Positions 11,225-21,995 of a stretch of DNA of 64,000 nt are shown here, in pieces (position 1 is the stretch's first letter; each line of letters opens with the position of its first letter). A program made the translations under genes and the position numbers. Where the stretch lies: the NCBI RefSeq assembly GCF_024502345.1, contig NZ_JALDNN010000001.1. One strand, given 5' to 3'. Under the pieces are notes generated by a model. That model worked only from the letters and a program-made list of their open reading frames with translations, was not told the DNA's origin and did no database searches. Origin of the DNA: Escherichia coli (GTDB lineage Bacteria; Pseudomonadota; Gammaproteobacteria; Enterobacterales; Enterobacteriaceae).

Positions 11225-12910
11225 ATGTACGATTTTAATCTAGTGTTGCTGCTGCTTCAGCAGATGTGCGTTTTTTTAGTCATTGCATGGTTAATGAGTA
11301 AAACGCCATTATTCATACCGTTAATGCAGGTCACGGTTCGTCTGCCGCATAAATTTCTCTGCTACATCGTCTTTTCCATCTTCTGCATCATGGGCACCTG
11401 GTTTGGGTTGCACATTGACGATTCTATTGCCAATACCCGTGCGATAGGCGCGGTAATGGGCGGCTTACTCGGCGGTCCGGTCGTCGGTGGGCTGGTTGGC
11501 CTGACCGGCGGGTTACATCGATATTCGATGGGGGGCATGACCGCGCTAAGTTGCATGATCTCGACCATCGTTGAAGGATTGCTCGGCGGCCTGGTACACA
11601 GCATCCTGATCCGTCGCGGGCGCACTGATAAAGTCTTTAACCCCATTACCGCCGGTGCCGTCACGTTCGTCGCTGAAATGGTGCAAATGTTGATCATCCT
11701 GGCGATCGCCCGACCTTATGAAGATGCGGTGCGTCTGGTGAGTAATATTGCTGCGCCAATGATGGTCACCAATACCGTCGGCGCGGCGCTGTTTATGCGT
11801 ATATTGCTCGATAAACGCGCGATGTTTGAAAAATACACTTCGGCTTTTTCTGCCACTGCGCTGAAAGTGGCTGCCTCGACGGAAGGCATTTTGCGCCAGG
11901 GGTTTAACGAAGTGAACAGCATGAAAGTGGCACAGGTGCTGTATCAGGAGCTGGATATTGGTGCAGTCGCGATTACCGATCGAGAGAAATTGCTGGCCTT
12001 TACCGGAATTGGTGACGACCACCATTTACCCGGCAAACCGATATCTTCGACTTACACCTTAAAAGCGATTGAAACCGGTGAAGTGGTCTACGCTGATGGC
12101 AACGAAGTACCTTATCGTTGCTCTTTGCATCCGCAATGCAAACTGGGGTCGACGCTGGTAATTCCGTTGCGTGGTGAAAATCAGCGGGTGATGGGCACCA
12201 TCAAATTGTATGAAGCCAAAAACCGTTTATTCAGTTCAATCAACCGCACGCTGGGCGAGGGGATTGCGCAACTGCTTTCGGCGCAGATCCTCGCCGGGCA
12301 ATATGAGCGGCAAAAAGCGATGCTCACCCAGTCAGAGATCAAACTGCTTCACGCCCAGGTGAACCCCCATTTTTTGTTTAATGCGCTTAACACCATTAAA
12401 GCGGTGATCCGTCGCGACAGCGAACAGGCCAGCCAGCTGGTGCAGTATCTTTCCACTTTTTTCCGCAAAAACTTAAAGCGGCCTTCGGAGTTTGTTACTC
12501 TCGCCGACGAAATTGAACATGTGAACGCTTATCTGCAAATTGAAAAGGCGCGCTTCCAGTCGCGGTTGCAGGTCAACATTGCTATTCCGCAAGAATTATC
12601 CCAGCAGCAATTGCCCGCGTTTACCCTGCAACCGATAGTGGAAAACGCCATTAAACATGGGACATCACAACTGCTGGATACAGGGCGAGTGGCAATCAGC
12701 GCCCGACGTGAGGGGCAACATTTGATGCTGGAGATCGAAGACAATGCCGGTTTGTATCAACCGGTAACCAATGCCAGTGGGCTGGGGATGAATCTGGTGG
12801 ATAAGCGTTTACGTGAACGGTTTGGCGATGACTATGGGATAAGCGTCGCCTGTGAGCCTGATAGTTACACCCGAATAACCTTACGACTACCATGGAGGGA
12901 CGAGGCATGA
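11225..12910 (+). CDS. btsS: LytS-type sensor histidine kinase
   Basis: ORF 11210..12910 trimmed to [13 protein letters not shown] (561 aa); 5TM-LytS N-terminus, GAF and HisKA_3/HATPase regions. Confidence 0.9.
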   Translation: MYDFNLVLLLLQQMCVFLVIAWLMSKTPLFIPLMQVTVRLPHKFLCYIVFSIFCIMGTWFGLHIDDSIANTRAIGAVMGGLLGGPVVGGLVGLTGGLHRYSMGGMTALSCMISTIVEGLLGGLVHSILIRRGRTDKVFNPITAGAVTFVAEMVQMLIILAIARPYEDAVRLVSNIAAPMMVTNTVGAALFMRILLDKRAMFEKYTSAFSATALKVAASTEGILRQGFNEVNSMKVAQVLYQELDIGAVAITDREKLLAFTGIGDDHHLPGKPISSTYTLKAIETGEVVYADGNEVPYRCSLHPQCKLGSTLVIPLRGENQRVMGTIKLYEAKNRLFSSINRTLGEGIAQLLSAQILAGQYERQKAMLTQSEIKLLHAQVNPHFLFNALNTIKAVIRRDSEQASQLVQYLSTFFRKNLKRPSEFVTLADEIEHVNAYLQIEKARFQSRLQVNIAIPQELSQQQLPAFTLQPIVENAIKHGTSQLLDTGRVAISARREGQHLMLEIEDNAGLYQPVTNASGLGMNLVDKRLRERFGDDYGISVACEPDSYTRITLRLPWRDEA

Positions 12911-13626
12911 TTAAAGTCTTAATTGTCGATGATGAACCGTTAGCACGGGAGAACCTGCGCGTATTTTTGCAGGAGCAGAGCGATATTGAAATCGTTGGTG
13001 AGTGTTCAAACACCGTGGAAGGGATCGGCGCGGTGCATAAACTGCGCCCGGATGTGCTGTTTCTCGATATCCAGATGCCGCGCATCAGTGGTCTGGAAAT
13101 GGTGGGGATGCTCGACCCGGAACATCGTCCGTATATTGTTTTTCTCACCGCGTTTGACGAATACGCCATTAAAGCCTTTGAAGAACACGCCTTTGATTAT
13201 CTGCTGAAGCCAATTGATGAAGCGCGACTGGAGAAAACGCTGGCGCGTTTGCGGCAGGAACGCAGCAAGCAGGATGTTTCGCTGTTACCAGAAAATCAAC
13301 AGGCGCTGAAATTTATCCCTTGTACTGGGCATAGTCGGATTTATTTGCTGCAAATGAAAGATGTGGCATTTGTCAGCAGTCGGATGAGCGGTGTCTACGT
13401 TACCAGCCACGAAGGGAAAGAGGGCTTTACCGAATTGACATTACGTACCCTGGAAAGTCGTACACCACTACTGCGCTGCCATCGTCAGTATCTGGTTAAC
13501 CTCGCGCATTTACAGGAGATTCGTCTGGAAGATAACGGCCAGGCCGAGTTGATTTTGCGTAATGGCTTAACCGTGCCGGTCAGCCGCCGTTATCTGAAAA
13601 GCTTAAAAGAGGCGATTGGCCTGTAA
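12907..13626 (+). CDS. btsR: LytTR-family response regulator
   Basis: [11 protein letters not shown] receiver domain plus LytTR output; ATGA overlap with btsS. Confidence 0.9.
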   Translation: MIKVLIVDDEPLARENLRVFLQEQSDIEIVGECSNTVEGIGAVHKLRPDVLFLDIQMPRISGLEMVGMLDPEHRPYIVFLTAFDEYAIKAFEEHAFDYLLKPIDEARLEKTLARLRQERSKQDVSLLPENQQALKFIPCTGHSRIYLLQMKDVAFVSSRMSGVYVTSHEGKEGFTELTLRTLESRTPLLRCHRQYLVNLAHLQEIRLEDNGQAELILRNGLTVPVSRRYLKSLKEAIGL

Positions 13627-13672
13627 AAGACTGCTAAAATGGCTTTTTGCCTCATCAACACCTGAAGGCCTC

Positions 13673-14143
13673 ATGCTAAGTAACGATATTCTGCGCAGCG
13701 TGCGCTACATTTTGAAAGCCAATAATAATGACCTGGTGCGTATTCTGGCGCTGGGTAATGTCGAAGCCACCGCGGAACAGATCGCCGTCTGGCTACGTAA
13801 AGAAGACGAAGAGGGTTTTCAGCGTTGTCCGGACATTGTTTTGTCGTCATTCCTCAATGGCCTGATTTATGAAAAACGCGGCAAGGATGAGTCTGCTCCG
13901 GCACTGGAGCCGGAACGTCGCATTAATAACAACATCGTGCTAAAAAAATTACGCATCGCGTTTTCGCTGAAAACCGATGACATTCTGGCGATCCTCACCG
14001 AACAGCAGTTCCGCGTTTCGATGCCGGAAATTACGGCGATGATGCGTGCACCGGATCATAAAAACTTCCGCGAATGCGGCGATCAATTTTTACGTTATTT
14101 TCTGCGTGGACTGGCAGCGCGCCAGCATGTGAAGAAAAGCTAA
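13673..14143 (+). CDS. yehS: DUF1456 protein YehS
   Basis: ORF trimmed to MLSNDILRSVRYILK (156 aa); position after btsR. Confidence 0.8.
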   Translation: MLSNDILRSVRYILKANNNDLVRILALGNVEATAEQIAVWLRKEDEEGFQRCPDIVLSSFLNGLIYEKRGKDESAPALEPERRINNNIVLKKLRIAFSLKTDDILAILTEQQFRVSMPEITAMMRAPDHKNFRECGDQFLRYFLRGLAARQHVKKS

Positions 14144-14150
14144 GACGGGT

Positions 14151-14180
14151 ATGGCGGCCATGCGAAACATGGCCGCCGAC
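14151..14180. terminator. bidirectional terminator between convergent yehS and yehR
   Basis: 10-bp perfect stem GGCGGCCATG / CATGGCCGCC with 5-nt loop. Confidence 0.6.
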
Positions 14181-14183
14181 AGA

Positions 14184-14645
14184 TTATTTCACTTCTTTAA
14201 AACCAGCGGCTTTCATCACCAGTTCCATTTGCGCCATAGTGATACCTTTTTTGGCATCTTCAGCAGAAACGTTGATTCCTGAAATACCCTGCAGGGCTTT
14301 AAAATCCACTTTTTCCATATCGATAGTCACGTTTTCCTGCGCGTAGGTATCGGTATAGGTTAATTTTTCTTCAACACCCGCGATGTTTTTGTATTTGGCG
14401 CTTAACGGCTCAAGTGTCTTGGCAGCGTCTTCTTTGGTGGTTGCACCAATAGAGGCAAATTGAATTTTGGTTTCTGAAGATTGCTTAAGCACCTTGTCAC
14501 CTTTGTAGACATAGGTAATGGCAATTTCAGTGCCGTTCAGATTGGCGCTGAATTTCTTCGATTCTTCTTTGTCACCGCAGCCAGCAAGAGAGAAAACCAG
14601 AACAGATGCAACAACAAGGGAAAACAGCTTATTGAAAGCCTTCAT
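14184..14645 (-). CDS. yehR: lipoprotein YehR (DUF1307)
   Basis: MKAFNKLFSLVVASVLVFSLAGC lipobox; ~153 aa. Confidence 0.85.
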   Translation of the reverse strand: MKAFNKLFSLVVASVLVFSLAGCGDKEESKKFSANLNGTEIAITYVYKGDKVLKQSSETKIQFASIGATTKEDAAKTLEPLSAKYKNIAGVEEKLTYTDTYAQENVTIDMEKVDFKALQGISGINVSAEDAKKGITMAQMELVMKAAGFKEVK

Positions 14646-14769
14646 GTAAAACTCCATTTTATTTAATCAAGGAACTGGTGACTCTCACCAGGGGCTATAT
14701 AGGATATGCCTAATACCGTGGTGTGAGCAGTCCGGAACTGGAGTAGAACTCTTAGTAAAAAGCACTATT

Positions 14770-16773
14770 TCATCCTTGTTGCTGAAGCATGGGGAATAAT
14801 TGTTCGCACAGCAAAACGCAGTTATTCATTGCTTCTACCCGTGCCTCGCTTTCTGTATTACGAAATTGTCCCAATACATGTGCCAGCCGATAAAAAACCA
14901 CCGCGGTGAGGTCATTCGCCAGCAACTCTGCCTGACCAATAGCACTCTGTTCCTGATAGCGCCAGCCGTTATGGAGCAGTTGAATAAGTAATGCCTGGCA
15001 GCGCATCAGCAACTGATGAGCAGTAGACGGCACAGGCAGAACGCTGACAGAAGGTAGTGATGCCACCACAGGCGCAGTTTCTGCGTCCAGCGCCCAGGCA
15101 CGAGTCTTTGTCATCATTACCTGTGGTTCCAGTGTCAATTGCCCATCAACAAAACTGACAAAGCCAGAAACCAGACACACGGGGTCGTCTGTTTGTTGCA
15201 AAAGCGCCGCCATGCGTTCAATGGCATAAGGCGCGCTGGCTGAGGCTGGCAGTGATAACGTCAGCAGATTATCTTCACCTTCGCCGCTGATTACCTGCGC
15301 ATCCAGCGTCTGGCGGCTGCTATCCCAACCGAGCGAAATACACTCAGCGACCGGCAGAATAAATAAGTTATCGACCTGATTAAGAGGCCGTATGCAGGAG
15401 GGGGGACGCTGGCGTAAATATTCCCGCAAAGCCACAATGCCCGGCTGGCGTAACGGCGCGCTCAACATTTGCCAGGCATCAGGCGACAGCGGCACAACGC
15501 TGCTTAAGCGGTTGCGGGTAGCTAACAGCAGCTCGCCATCGGCACTGCGTTTTGCTGCTTGTGAAACAATTTGCCCACCCGCCAGTGCGCCAGCCTGAAA
15601 ACTAAACAGCCGACGCGTAGCTGCCGGTGAGTTTTCCTGTTCACTTCGCGGCCAACTGCGCGAAAGGTGCAAAATACTGCCGGTGTCGGGATCGGTAAAC
15701 CAGATGCGTAAACCATAATGCTCAATATCCTGCCAGCAACGCATACCTAAAGACACCAGCCGCAGATGATCAAGCTTTGCTTCTCCGGCAATGCCAGAGC
15801 CAACGACCGTGCGCCACGGCACAGGAGGAACTTCACCAACACTGTCGCGCCGCGCCATCTCTTGTGCGCAATTTAATCGACTGTTTAATGCCGCAAGCTG
15901 ACGTAAGCATTCTCCGGCATGATAGTGGCTGGCGCGGGCGTGGAAGGCATCAACGCTGGCGCGCAGTTGCCGTAGCGATTCACTCACCCATCGCCAGTTG
16001 CAGCGTTCCGCTGCTTGCTGCGCGCGGCTGAAAGCGGCCTCGTAGTGAATAAGCGGCTGGCTGATGCCGCCCAGCCATAATGCCTGGCTTAGTTGCTGAA
16101 CATATTGACGACACGTTTTGCCTTCTTCGCTGGCAAACAGATCGTCAGATGATGTGACGTGTTCGCTGCGCATCTGCCAGATTAAATGAGTCAATTCCGG
16201 TTGCTGCGCTTTTGCCTGGACAAAGGCCTGTACTGCCAGTACGACATGTTCGCAAAGTGTGCCTTCAATACAATCACAACGGGCGAAACGAATGCTGCTA
16301 CGGGAATAAAAACGCACATCGCTCATCGGTAAGCGGGCAGAGGGAATTTCGCCCGGCGTACAGAACAACTCAATGGTGATGCCTTTAGCGACCAGCGCCT
16401 GCGCGCGTTTGCGGGTGGCATCGGGCAGGGTAGCCAGTTCTTCCAGCCAGATTGCCGGATCCCACTCTTCTTCTTTTTCTGTGGGCTGGACGGTGGCACA
16501 AAGTCGTTGATAACTTAACACCAGCATCACGCGATGACGGCACATGCCGCTGGCCCCGCAGCTGCACTGAGCCTCTTTCAGTGCCTGGCCGTTCGCCAGC
16601 TGGGTACGGACACCGTCACTGAAGGTGGCGATTAAAGCGCCGTTCTCATGGCTGATCTCCGGGACGTTGCCATTTTCCAGTTCCTTAAGACTGCGCTTAA
16701 CAAAACCGGCATTGCTTAACGCTGTCAGGGCCTGCGGTGTCAGTTCTAATAATTCCGGACGTAGTGAATTCAT
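14770..16773 (-). CDS. yehQ: SWIM zinc-finger domain protein
   Basis: CxC...CxH SWIM motif (QCSCGASGMCRHRVM); start chosen at ATGA overlap with yehP stop. Confidence 0.8.
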   Translation of the reverse strand: MNSLRPELLELTPQALTALSNAGFVKRSLKELENGNVPEISHENGALIATFSDGVRTQLANGQALKEAQCSCGASGMCRHRVMLVLSYQRLCATVQPTEKEEEWDPAIWLEELATLPDATRKRAQALVAKGITIELFCTPGEIPSARLPMSDVRFYSRSSIRFARCDCIEGTLCEHVVLAVQAFVQAKAQQPELTHLIWQMRSEHVTSSDDLFASEEGKTCRQYVQQLSQALWLGGISQPLIHYEAAFSRAQQAAERCNWRWVSESLRQLRASVDAFHARASHYHAGECLRQLAALNSRLNCAQEMARRDSVGEVPPVPWRTVVGSGIAGEAKLDHLRLVSLGMRCWQDIEHYGLRIWFTDPDTGSILHLSRSWPRSEQENSPAATRRLFSFQAGALAGGQIVSQAAKRSADGELLLATRNRLSSVVPLSPDAWQMLSAPLRQPGIVALREYLRQRPPSCIRPLNQVDNLFILPVAECISLGWDSSRQTLDAQVISGEGEDNLLTLSLPASASAPYAIERMAALLQQTDDPVCLVSGFVSFVDGQLTLEPQVMMTKTRAWALDAETAPVVASLPSVSVLPVPSTAHQLLMRCQALLIQLLHNGWRYQEQSAIGQAELLANDLTAVVFYRLAHVLGQFRNTESEARVEAMNNCVLLCEQLFPMLQQQG

Positions 16774-17906
16774 GACTGAAGATTCTCCGCAAGCCATGAT
16801 GCCAGTTCGCCCGGTGTCATGGCGGCTATTTGTGCGCCGACATTAACCAGCGCCTGGGCCGTATCGCGGTCATAGCAAGGCGTTGCTGTGCTATCGAGCG
16901 CCGCCAGTCCCAGCACTTTGATGCCGCTCTGGACACACTTTTTCACCTGATGCGTCAGCAATGATGATGAACCCCCTTCGTAAAAATCGCTCACGAGGAT
17001 AATGACGCTTTTTGCTGGTTGTTCAATAAGTTGCCGACCATATTCCACGGCACTGGCGATATTGGTCCCGCCGCCCAACTGTACTTTCATTAATAACTCT
17101 ACCGGATCGGCAACGTCTGCCGTGAGATCAACGACGCTTGTGTCAAACGCCACCAGATGGGTACGAATGCCGGGTAACTGCCACAAACAGGCCGCCATCA
17201 CCGCAGAGTGGATCACCGAGTCCACCATCGATCCGCTTTGATCAACCAGTAAGACCAGTTGCCATTGTTCACTGTGGCGTTTAATGCGGCTGTTAAAGCG
17301 GGGGGATTCGATATACAACTTGCCGTGTTGCGGGTGCCAGTGTTGCAGGTTGGCGCGCAGAGTACTTTTGAAATCAAAGTTTCGCGCCAGTGGAATAAAT
17401 GAGCGGCGACGGCGATCGCGGACACCAGAAAAAGCCTGACGAACTTCCTTTGCCAGTCGAGCCATAATTTCTTCAACAACCTGGCGCACTATCCGGCGGG
17501 CGGCAGCCAGTACTTCGGGGTTCATCAGATGTTTGGTGTGCAAAACGGCGCGTAGCAGACTTTCAGAAGGCTGCATACGTTCCAGCACGTCGAGATTCGT
17601 CACCACATCTTCAATGCCGTAGCGCAGTACGGCATCGCTTTCCAGCCGCTCAATCACCTGTTGCGGAAACAGCGTGTGAATACTGTTGATCCACTCAGGG
17701 GTGGTGAGATTTGAGCTACCTAATCCACCGGAACGTTCACCACGCTGGAGCCGTTCAGGATCGCGCCCATACAGCCACTCCAGCGCGTGGTCTATCTGCC
17801 GGGCGTTGTCATCCAGCCCACAAAGCGTCGTTTCTGCCGCTTCGCCAAGAATTAATCGCCAGCGTTGTAGCTCACGGGTGGTCAGAAGATCGTTCAGTTC
17901 AGACAT
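16770..17906 (-). CDS. yehP: von Willebrand factor A (VWA) domain protein
   Basis: MIDAS motif DQSGSM; ORF trimmed to MSELNDLL start, 5 bp from yehM stop. Confidence 0.85.
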   Translation of the reverse strand: MSELNDLLTTRELQRWRLILGEAAETTLCGLDDNARQIDHALEWLYGRDPERLQRGERSGGLGSSNLTTPEWINSIHTLFPQQVIERLESDAVLRYGIEDVVTNLDVLERMQPSESLLRAVLHTKHLMNPEVLAAARRIVRQVVEEIMARLAKEVRQAFSGVRDRRRRSFIPLARNFDFKSTLRANLQHWHPQHGKLYIESPRFNSRIKRHSEQWQLVLLVDQSGSMVDSVIHSAVMAACLWQLPGIRTHLVAFDTSVVDLTADVADPVELLMKVQLGGGTNIASAVEYGRQLIEQPAKSVIILVSDFYEGGSSSLLTHQVKKCVQSGIKVLGLAALDSTATPCYDRDTAQALVNVGAQIAAMTPGELASWLAENLQS

Positions 17907-20178
17907 GGAAAACTCCCCAGTTTTGCAGCGATGCCAGTGCCTGCTGTTCGAGTTGTTGATGATGTGCAATGGCTTGTGGTGGACAATGCAACGGCATTTG
18001 CAGCGCCGAAACGGGAAGTTGCGCCAGTTGATAATGCTCAAGCACCTGATGCGCCAGCGTCCCGCGTTCTCGTGGTGGTAGCCAGGCCATCGCCGCGCGT
18101 AAATCGGGCAGGGCATTGATAAAATTGGCATCACTCAGTTGATTTAAATGACTGCTGAAACCGGCGATAAATGCCGGCTGACAGGCCAGTTGATGGCGGG
18201 CCAGCGCCAGCAAACCGTGCAGCGCTTCGCCGGATTGTGCCGGGGATAACTGCGCCAGCATCGTCAGCGCCGCTTCGGCACTAGCGTTGGGATGTTCCAG
18301 ACGCATCAGTGCGCCAAGAGCCGCGCCGCGATCCAGCGCCGGGGCATGGATTGCCTGACTGCGTCGCTCCAGTAAGGCTACCGCCGCAGAAAGAGAAACG
18401 CCGGGTAAATTAACGCCGCTATATAGATCGCGCAGGATATGGCAAAGCGCCTGCCAGCTATGCATGTGAGCGTGAAACTCCTTTTCATCTGGTCTGCCGT
18501 TAGATTCACACAGCCACAGCGTGCGATCGATAGCCGCGCATAACGTCGTTTGTAATATCTGCGCGCCTTGCATACCGCTAATTTCATCCAGCCGCCATAA
18601 GGCATATAGCACTTCCAGCGCCTGGCCCATTTCGGCAAATTGATTTTCCTGGGCGATTAATAATGTGAGTTGCTCCAGTAATTGTTGACTGAAGGACGCC
18701 AGACCCGCTAACGCCGCCTGGCTAAGACATGTGGTGATACTGCCGATTCCACCCGCGTCCAGCATATCGGTTTCTAATTTATGGCGTGCGGCTTCCTGGA
18801 GTGTGGCACCAAAGCAGGCGGCCTCAATCAATGCCGCATGCTGGCTAAGCGGGCGGGTTAATTTCCAGCGTTCTTCACCGTTGCCTGCAAGTGTCAGTGT
18901 GCTTCCCTGCTGGCGTACAATCCCTGGGATCTCCAGTATTGCCAGCCGATGTAACACCTGACTTTGCGCTAGTCCATTGGGGTTAAAGCGATTTAAGGTA
19001 AGCTCCGCCGGAAGAGAGATTGCGGTACGTTCCAGTTCGCAGGTGACATCTTTTGGCAGAGGCGGTTGTGGCGTAGAAGGGGCAAGTTTACCGAATCCGT
19101 CACCCGCTAATGTGTCTATCAACGTTAGCAGAATCGGATCGGTATCGGGATGAATAACGCCGCGATAGCTCCATGGCAACGGCGCATTCAGGGATTCTTT
19201 AATCAGCGAGCCTGCTAAGGCATCCAGCCAGTCAGTGCGTAACGGTAGTGTATGACCGCGCAACTGTGCCAGCGCCATCGCATGCAGATGAGCGGCAGCC
19301 ATATCCGCGGTCGAAGCAGGCAAGTGGTGTTGGCGCAAACGGGTAAGAACCGTTTTTAGCAGTTGTTCTCCCGCCTGCTGTAAGCCCCACTGCCAGCACC
19401 AGCTTTGCCAGACCGGGGCAGGCATTCCTGAAAGGTATCCTGCCAGCACATCAAGGCGCTTTTCACTGTAGGGTGTGAGATAACAACCTGTAACGGCATC
19501 TGCCAGCGAGGGCAATTCTGGCTTGTTAATGTCCTGCGGACATTCGCGCCACATTTTTGCCAGTGCCGGAGCGTGCCAGCCACCGCAGACGACTAACACG
19601 TCGCCATTGTTTTGCTGCATCGCCCATGCAATCCAGCGGGCCATGAAGGCTTCGCGCTGACGATTGAGAGCATCTCCGGGGGAATCGCCCCGCAGTTGTG
19701 CAAAATAGTGCGCCAGCGCAGAGGGTAATGCAGTTTGCTGGCTTTCATCTTCGAATAAGTGATCCCACAGGGTATCGCTGTTATCCATGCGGGTGGCACG
19801 CAGCAGTAAGGTCTGGCTTTCATCTTGCGTATCAGGCGAATCGTTCTCTTCTTCACTCTGCGCCCAGCAAGGCAAATCGATGAAGTAAGTTTATGCCTGA
19901 ATACGACGTGCGGCTTGTAGCGCCTGCCACTCCGGCGAAAATTCAGCAAATGGCGTCCAGGCACCACGCCCGGGGGCCGCACCGTCCTGATACTGGCAAT
20001 AACTGTAAATAGCTACCGGAAGCTGGTGGGCTAAAAACAGTTCGTCTACCCGGTCATTAAAATCAGCCGGGCCTTCAATCAACACGTATCGTGGCCGCTG
20101 GCTTTCGATTAATGATTTGACCAGCCGGGCGCAGGCCGGGCTATGATGCCGGATGCCGACAATTAACGGCTCGCTCAT
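17899..20178 (-). pseudogene. yehM: yehM interrupted by in-frame TAA (codon ~97 of 760)
   Basis: ORFs 19891..20346 and 17899..19875 share one frame, separated only by TAA at 19891..19893; total span 2280 nt = 759 aa + stop. Confidence 0.75.
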
Positions 20179-20188
20179 GCATCTTTCC

Positions 20189-21277
20189 TCACGGCAGGCG
20201 GTGGCGGGCTTGATAATAAGCCTGCCAGTGAGCTTCTTTATGTGTGGCGACACGCTGTTCGAAGTAACGGCGCAGACGAGCGCGATCTTCTTCGTTATCT
20301 TTGACGATGGTTCCGGCAATACAGTCCACCAGATCGGCTGGCTCACCTGCGCGATTCGCTAAAAACCAGGCGCGGACGCCCACAGCGTGGGCCACGTTCA
20401 CGGCTTCAGCGGTGGACATAATCGCTGTTAGTGTATCCATTGACGTTTTCTTTTCGCCGTTGGCACGCAGATCGCGGAAGGTGCGGACCAGTAACTCCAG
20501 TACCGCGTCAGGCACTTTATGCGGAATACCGCTATGGGCCAGCAAACGCGCCGAAGCACTGGCGACAAGCTCCAGCTCCTGGGCGAAATCCATAATCGGA
20601 AAGACAGTTTCAAAATCGAAGCGACGCTTTAGCGCAGCACTCATTTCATTGACGCCGCGATCGCGGGTATTGGCAGTGGCAATAATATTAAAGCCTTCTC
20701 GCGCATAGAGCTGACTGGCTTCACCAGTGAGTTCCGGCACCGTCATCACCCTGTCAGAAAGCATACCTAACAGACAGTCTTGCACTTCCAGCGGTGTACG
20801 CGTTATCTCTTCAAAACGGACGATTTTGCCGTCGCGCATTCCCTGGTAAAGCGGGGCAGGGACCAGCGCTTCCGTTGATGGACCATGATTGATAAGCAGG
20901 GCGTAGTTCCAGCCGTACTTGATTTGATCTTCGGTAGTAGATGCGCCGCCCTGGATGGTTAACCCGGCATCGCCGCTAATAGAGGTTGCCAGTAATTCAG
21001 ACAGGAGAGATTTTGCGGTGCCAGGTTCCCCCACCAACATCAAACCGCGTCCGGTGGCAAGAGTGACTAACATACGTTCGACAGCGGAGGGACTAATCAC
21101 CACTTTACGGCTAATATTTTGCGCGCTATCGCCAAGGATAAAAGCACGGGCCGCAGGCAAACTTAACTGCCAACCGGGCGGGCAAGGTGCGTTATCATTT
21201 TGTTTTAATTTTGCCAGTTCATCGGCGTATAACACAGCAGCAGGCGGACGCTGCAGATGATTATTCTGCGGTGACAT
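20189..21277 (-). CDS. yehL: MoxR-family AAA+ ATPase
   Basis: Walker A GEPGTAKS, MoxR/CbbQ-like core; ORF trimmed to MSPQNNHLQ (362 aa). Confidence 0.85.
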   Translation of the reverse strand: MSPQNNHLQRPPAAVLYADELAKLKQNDNAPCPPGWQLSLPAARAFILGDSAQNISRKVVISPSAVERMLVTLATGRGLMLVGEPGTAKSLLSELLATSISGDAGLTIQGGASTTEDQIKYGWNYALLINHGPSTEALVPAPLYQGMRDGKIVRFEEITRTPLEVQDCLLGMLSDRVMTVPELTGEASQLYAREGFNIIATANTRDRGVNEMSAALKRRFDFETVFPIMDFAQELELVASASARLLAHSGIPHKVPDAVLELLVRTFRDLRANGEKKTSMDTLTAIMSTAEAVNVAHAVGVRAWFLANRAGEPADLVDCIAGTIVKDNEEDRARLRRYFEQRVATHKEAHWQAYYQARHRLP

Positions 21278-21385
21278 ATATTCATCCCTGAAATGTATTA
21301 ATGAAATAAACGATATTTTACGCGCAATAAATGTTTGGCGCATTAGTTGTTTGAGCGAAAAATATCTGGAAAGCAGATCACAGTA

Positions 21386-21471
21386 AATAAAAAAACCTGC
21401 TGGTGAGGCAGGTTCTTTTATTTACTATTTTCAGGCCTAACACCACAGCCTGTGCAACATCGTGTTCCAAC
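21386..21471 (-). ncRNA. candidate Orz-like antitoxin sRNA (copy 1)
   Basis: minus-strand promoter (-35 TTGCAA 21501..21506, 17-bp spacer, -10 TATAAT 21478..21483), intrinsic terminator at 21386..21413; 5' end complementary to zor 5'UTR 21618..21638. Confidence 0.55.
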
Positions 21472-21477
21472 GAACGA

Positions 21478-21528
21478 ATTATAACCACGGCTGGACCCCG
21501 TTGCAATTAAGATAATGAGATTTATAAT
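21478..21528. promoter_or_regulatory. divergent promoter pair sharing one palindromic -35 hexamer TTGCAA (copy 1)
   Basis: plus strand: TTGCAA-16 bp-TATAAT (21523..21528); minus strand: same TTGCAA-17 bp-TATAAT. Confidence 0.55.
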
Positions 21529-21709
21529 CCTGACTGTTGGGACGTTGCGCCGGATCGAACCTATTTCAAGTCCTGGCTACCGGACGGGGGGTGCTGCAGG
21601 TAGTGCCCTGATCCGGAGTGCAACATCGTGGTCCAACATACGTAAACCAGTATCGACAGGCAGTGTAAGGGTAAGGTGCTGGTGTTGCGCTCCTTAATAA
21701 GGAGAGCGG

Positions 21710-21799
21710 ATGGACTCGCTGACACAAAAGTTAACCGTGCTCATTGCTGTACTGGAGCTATTAGTGGCTCTGTTACGGTTGATTGATTTGTTGAAGTAA
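21710..21799 (+). CDS. type I toxin, 29 aa MDSLTQKLTVLIAVLELLVALLRLIDLLK (ZorO/ZorP-like)
   Basis: hand translation; GGAGAG RBS; single hydrophobic helix; ~174-nt leader from predicted TSS; near-identical copy 608 bp downstream. Confidence 0.7.
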   Translation: MDSLTQKLTVLIAVLELLVALLRLIDLLK

Positions 21800-21820
21800 C
21801 GGGCAAATTGAAACGCATCT

Positions 21821-21846
21821 AAGGGGGAAAACCGCTTCCCCCTTTA
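21821..21846 (+). terminator. intrinsic terminator of toxin mRNA copy 1
   Basis: GGGGGAA-loop-TTCCCCC hairpin followed by TTTAATAAA. Confidence 0.7.
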
Positions 21847-21995
21847 ATAAAATGATTACTGTTTTTATTAATTCATCATATAACTCATTTTTATTTATAA
21901 ATTCATCGATTTTATATTCAACGCACCATTTGACCGGGATGTGAATATTTATGTTGGGCTATTGGCAAAAAATATCTGGAAAGTAGATCGCAGAA

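Noticed and set aside
19891-20346. 151-aa ORF overlapping the 3' end of yehL
   Set aside because: Its upstream extension runs antisense-free through the yehL stop region only because of permissive start calling. The biologically sensible start is MSEPL at 20178 with a GAGGAAA RBS, making this the N-terminal fragment of yehM, not a separate gene.
21515-21697. 60-aa ORFs (21515..21697 and 22123..22305) inside the duplicated toxin leader regions
   Set aside because: They lie in the predicted ~174-nt 5'UTR of the toxin mRNAs and have no RBS. Differences between the two copies are mostly non-synonymous and radical (TVGTLRRIEPISSPGY vs PVGRLCRIGPILSPGC), which fits constrained RNA structure rather than protein coding.
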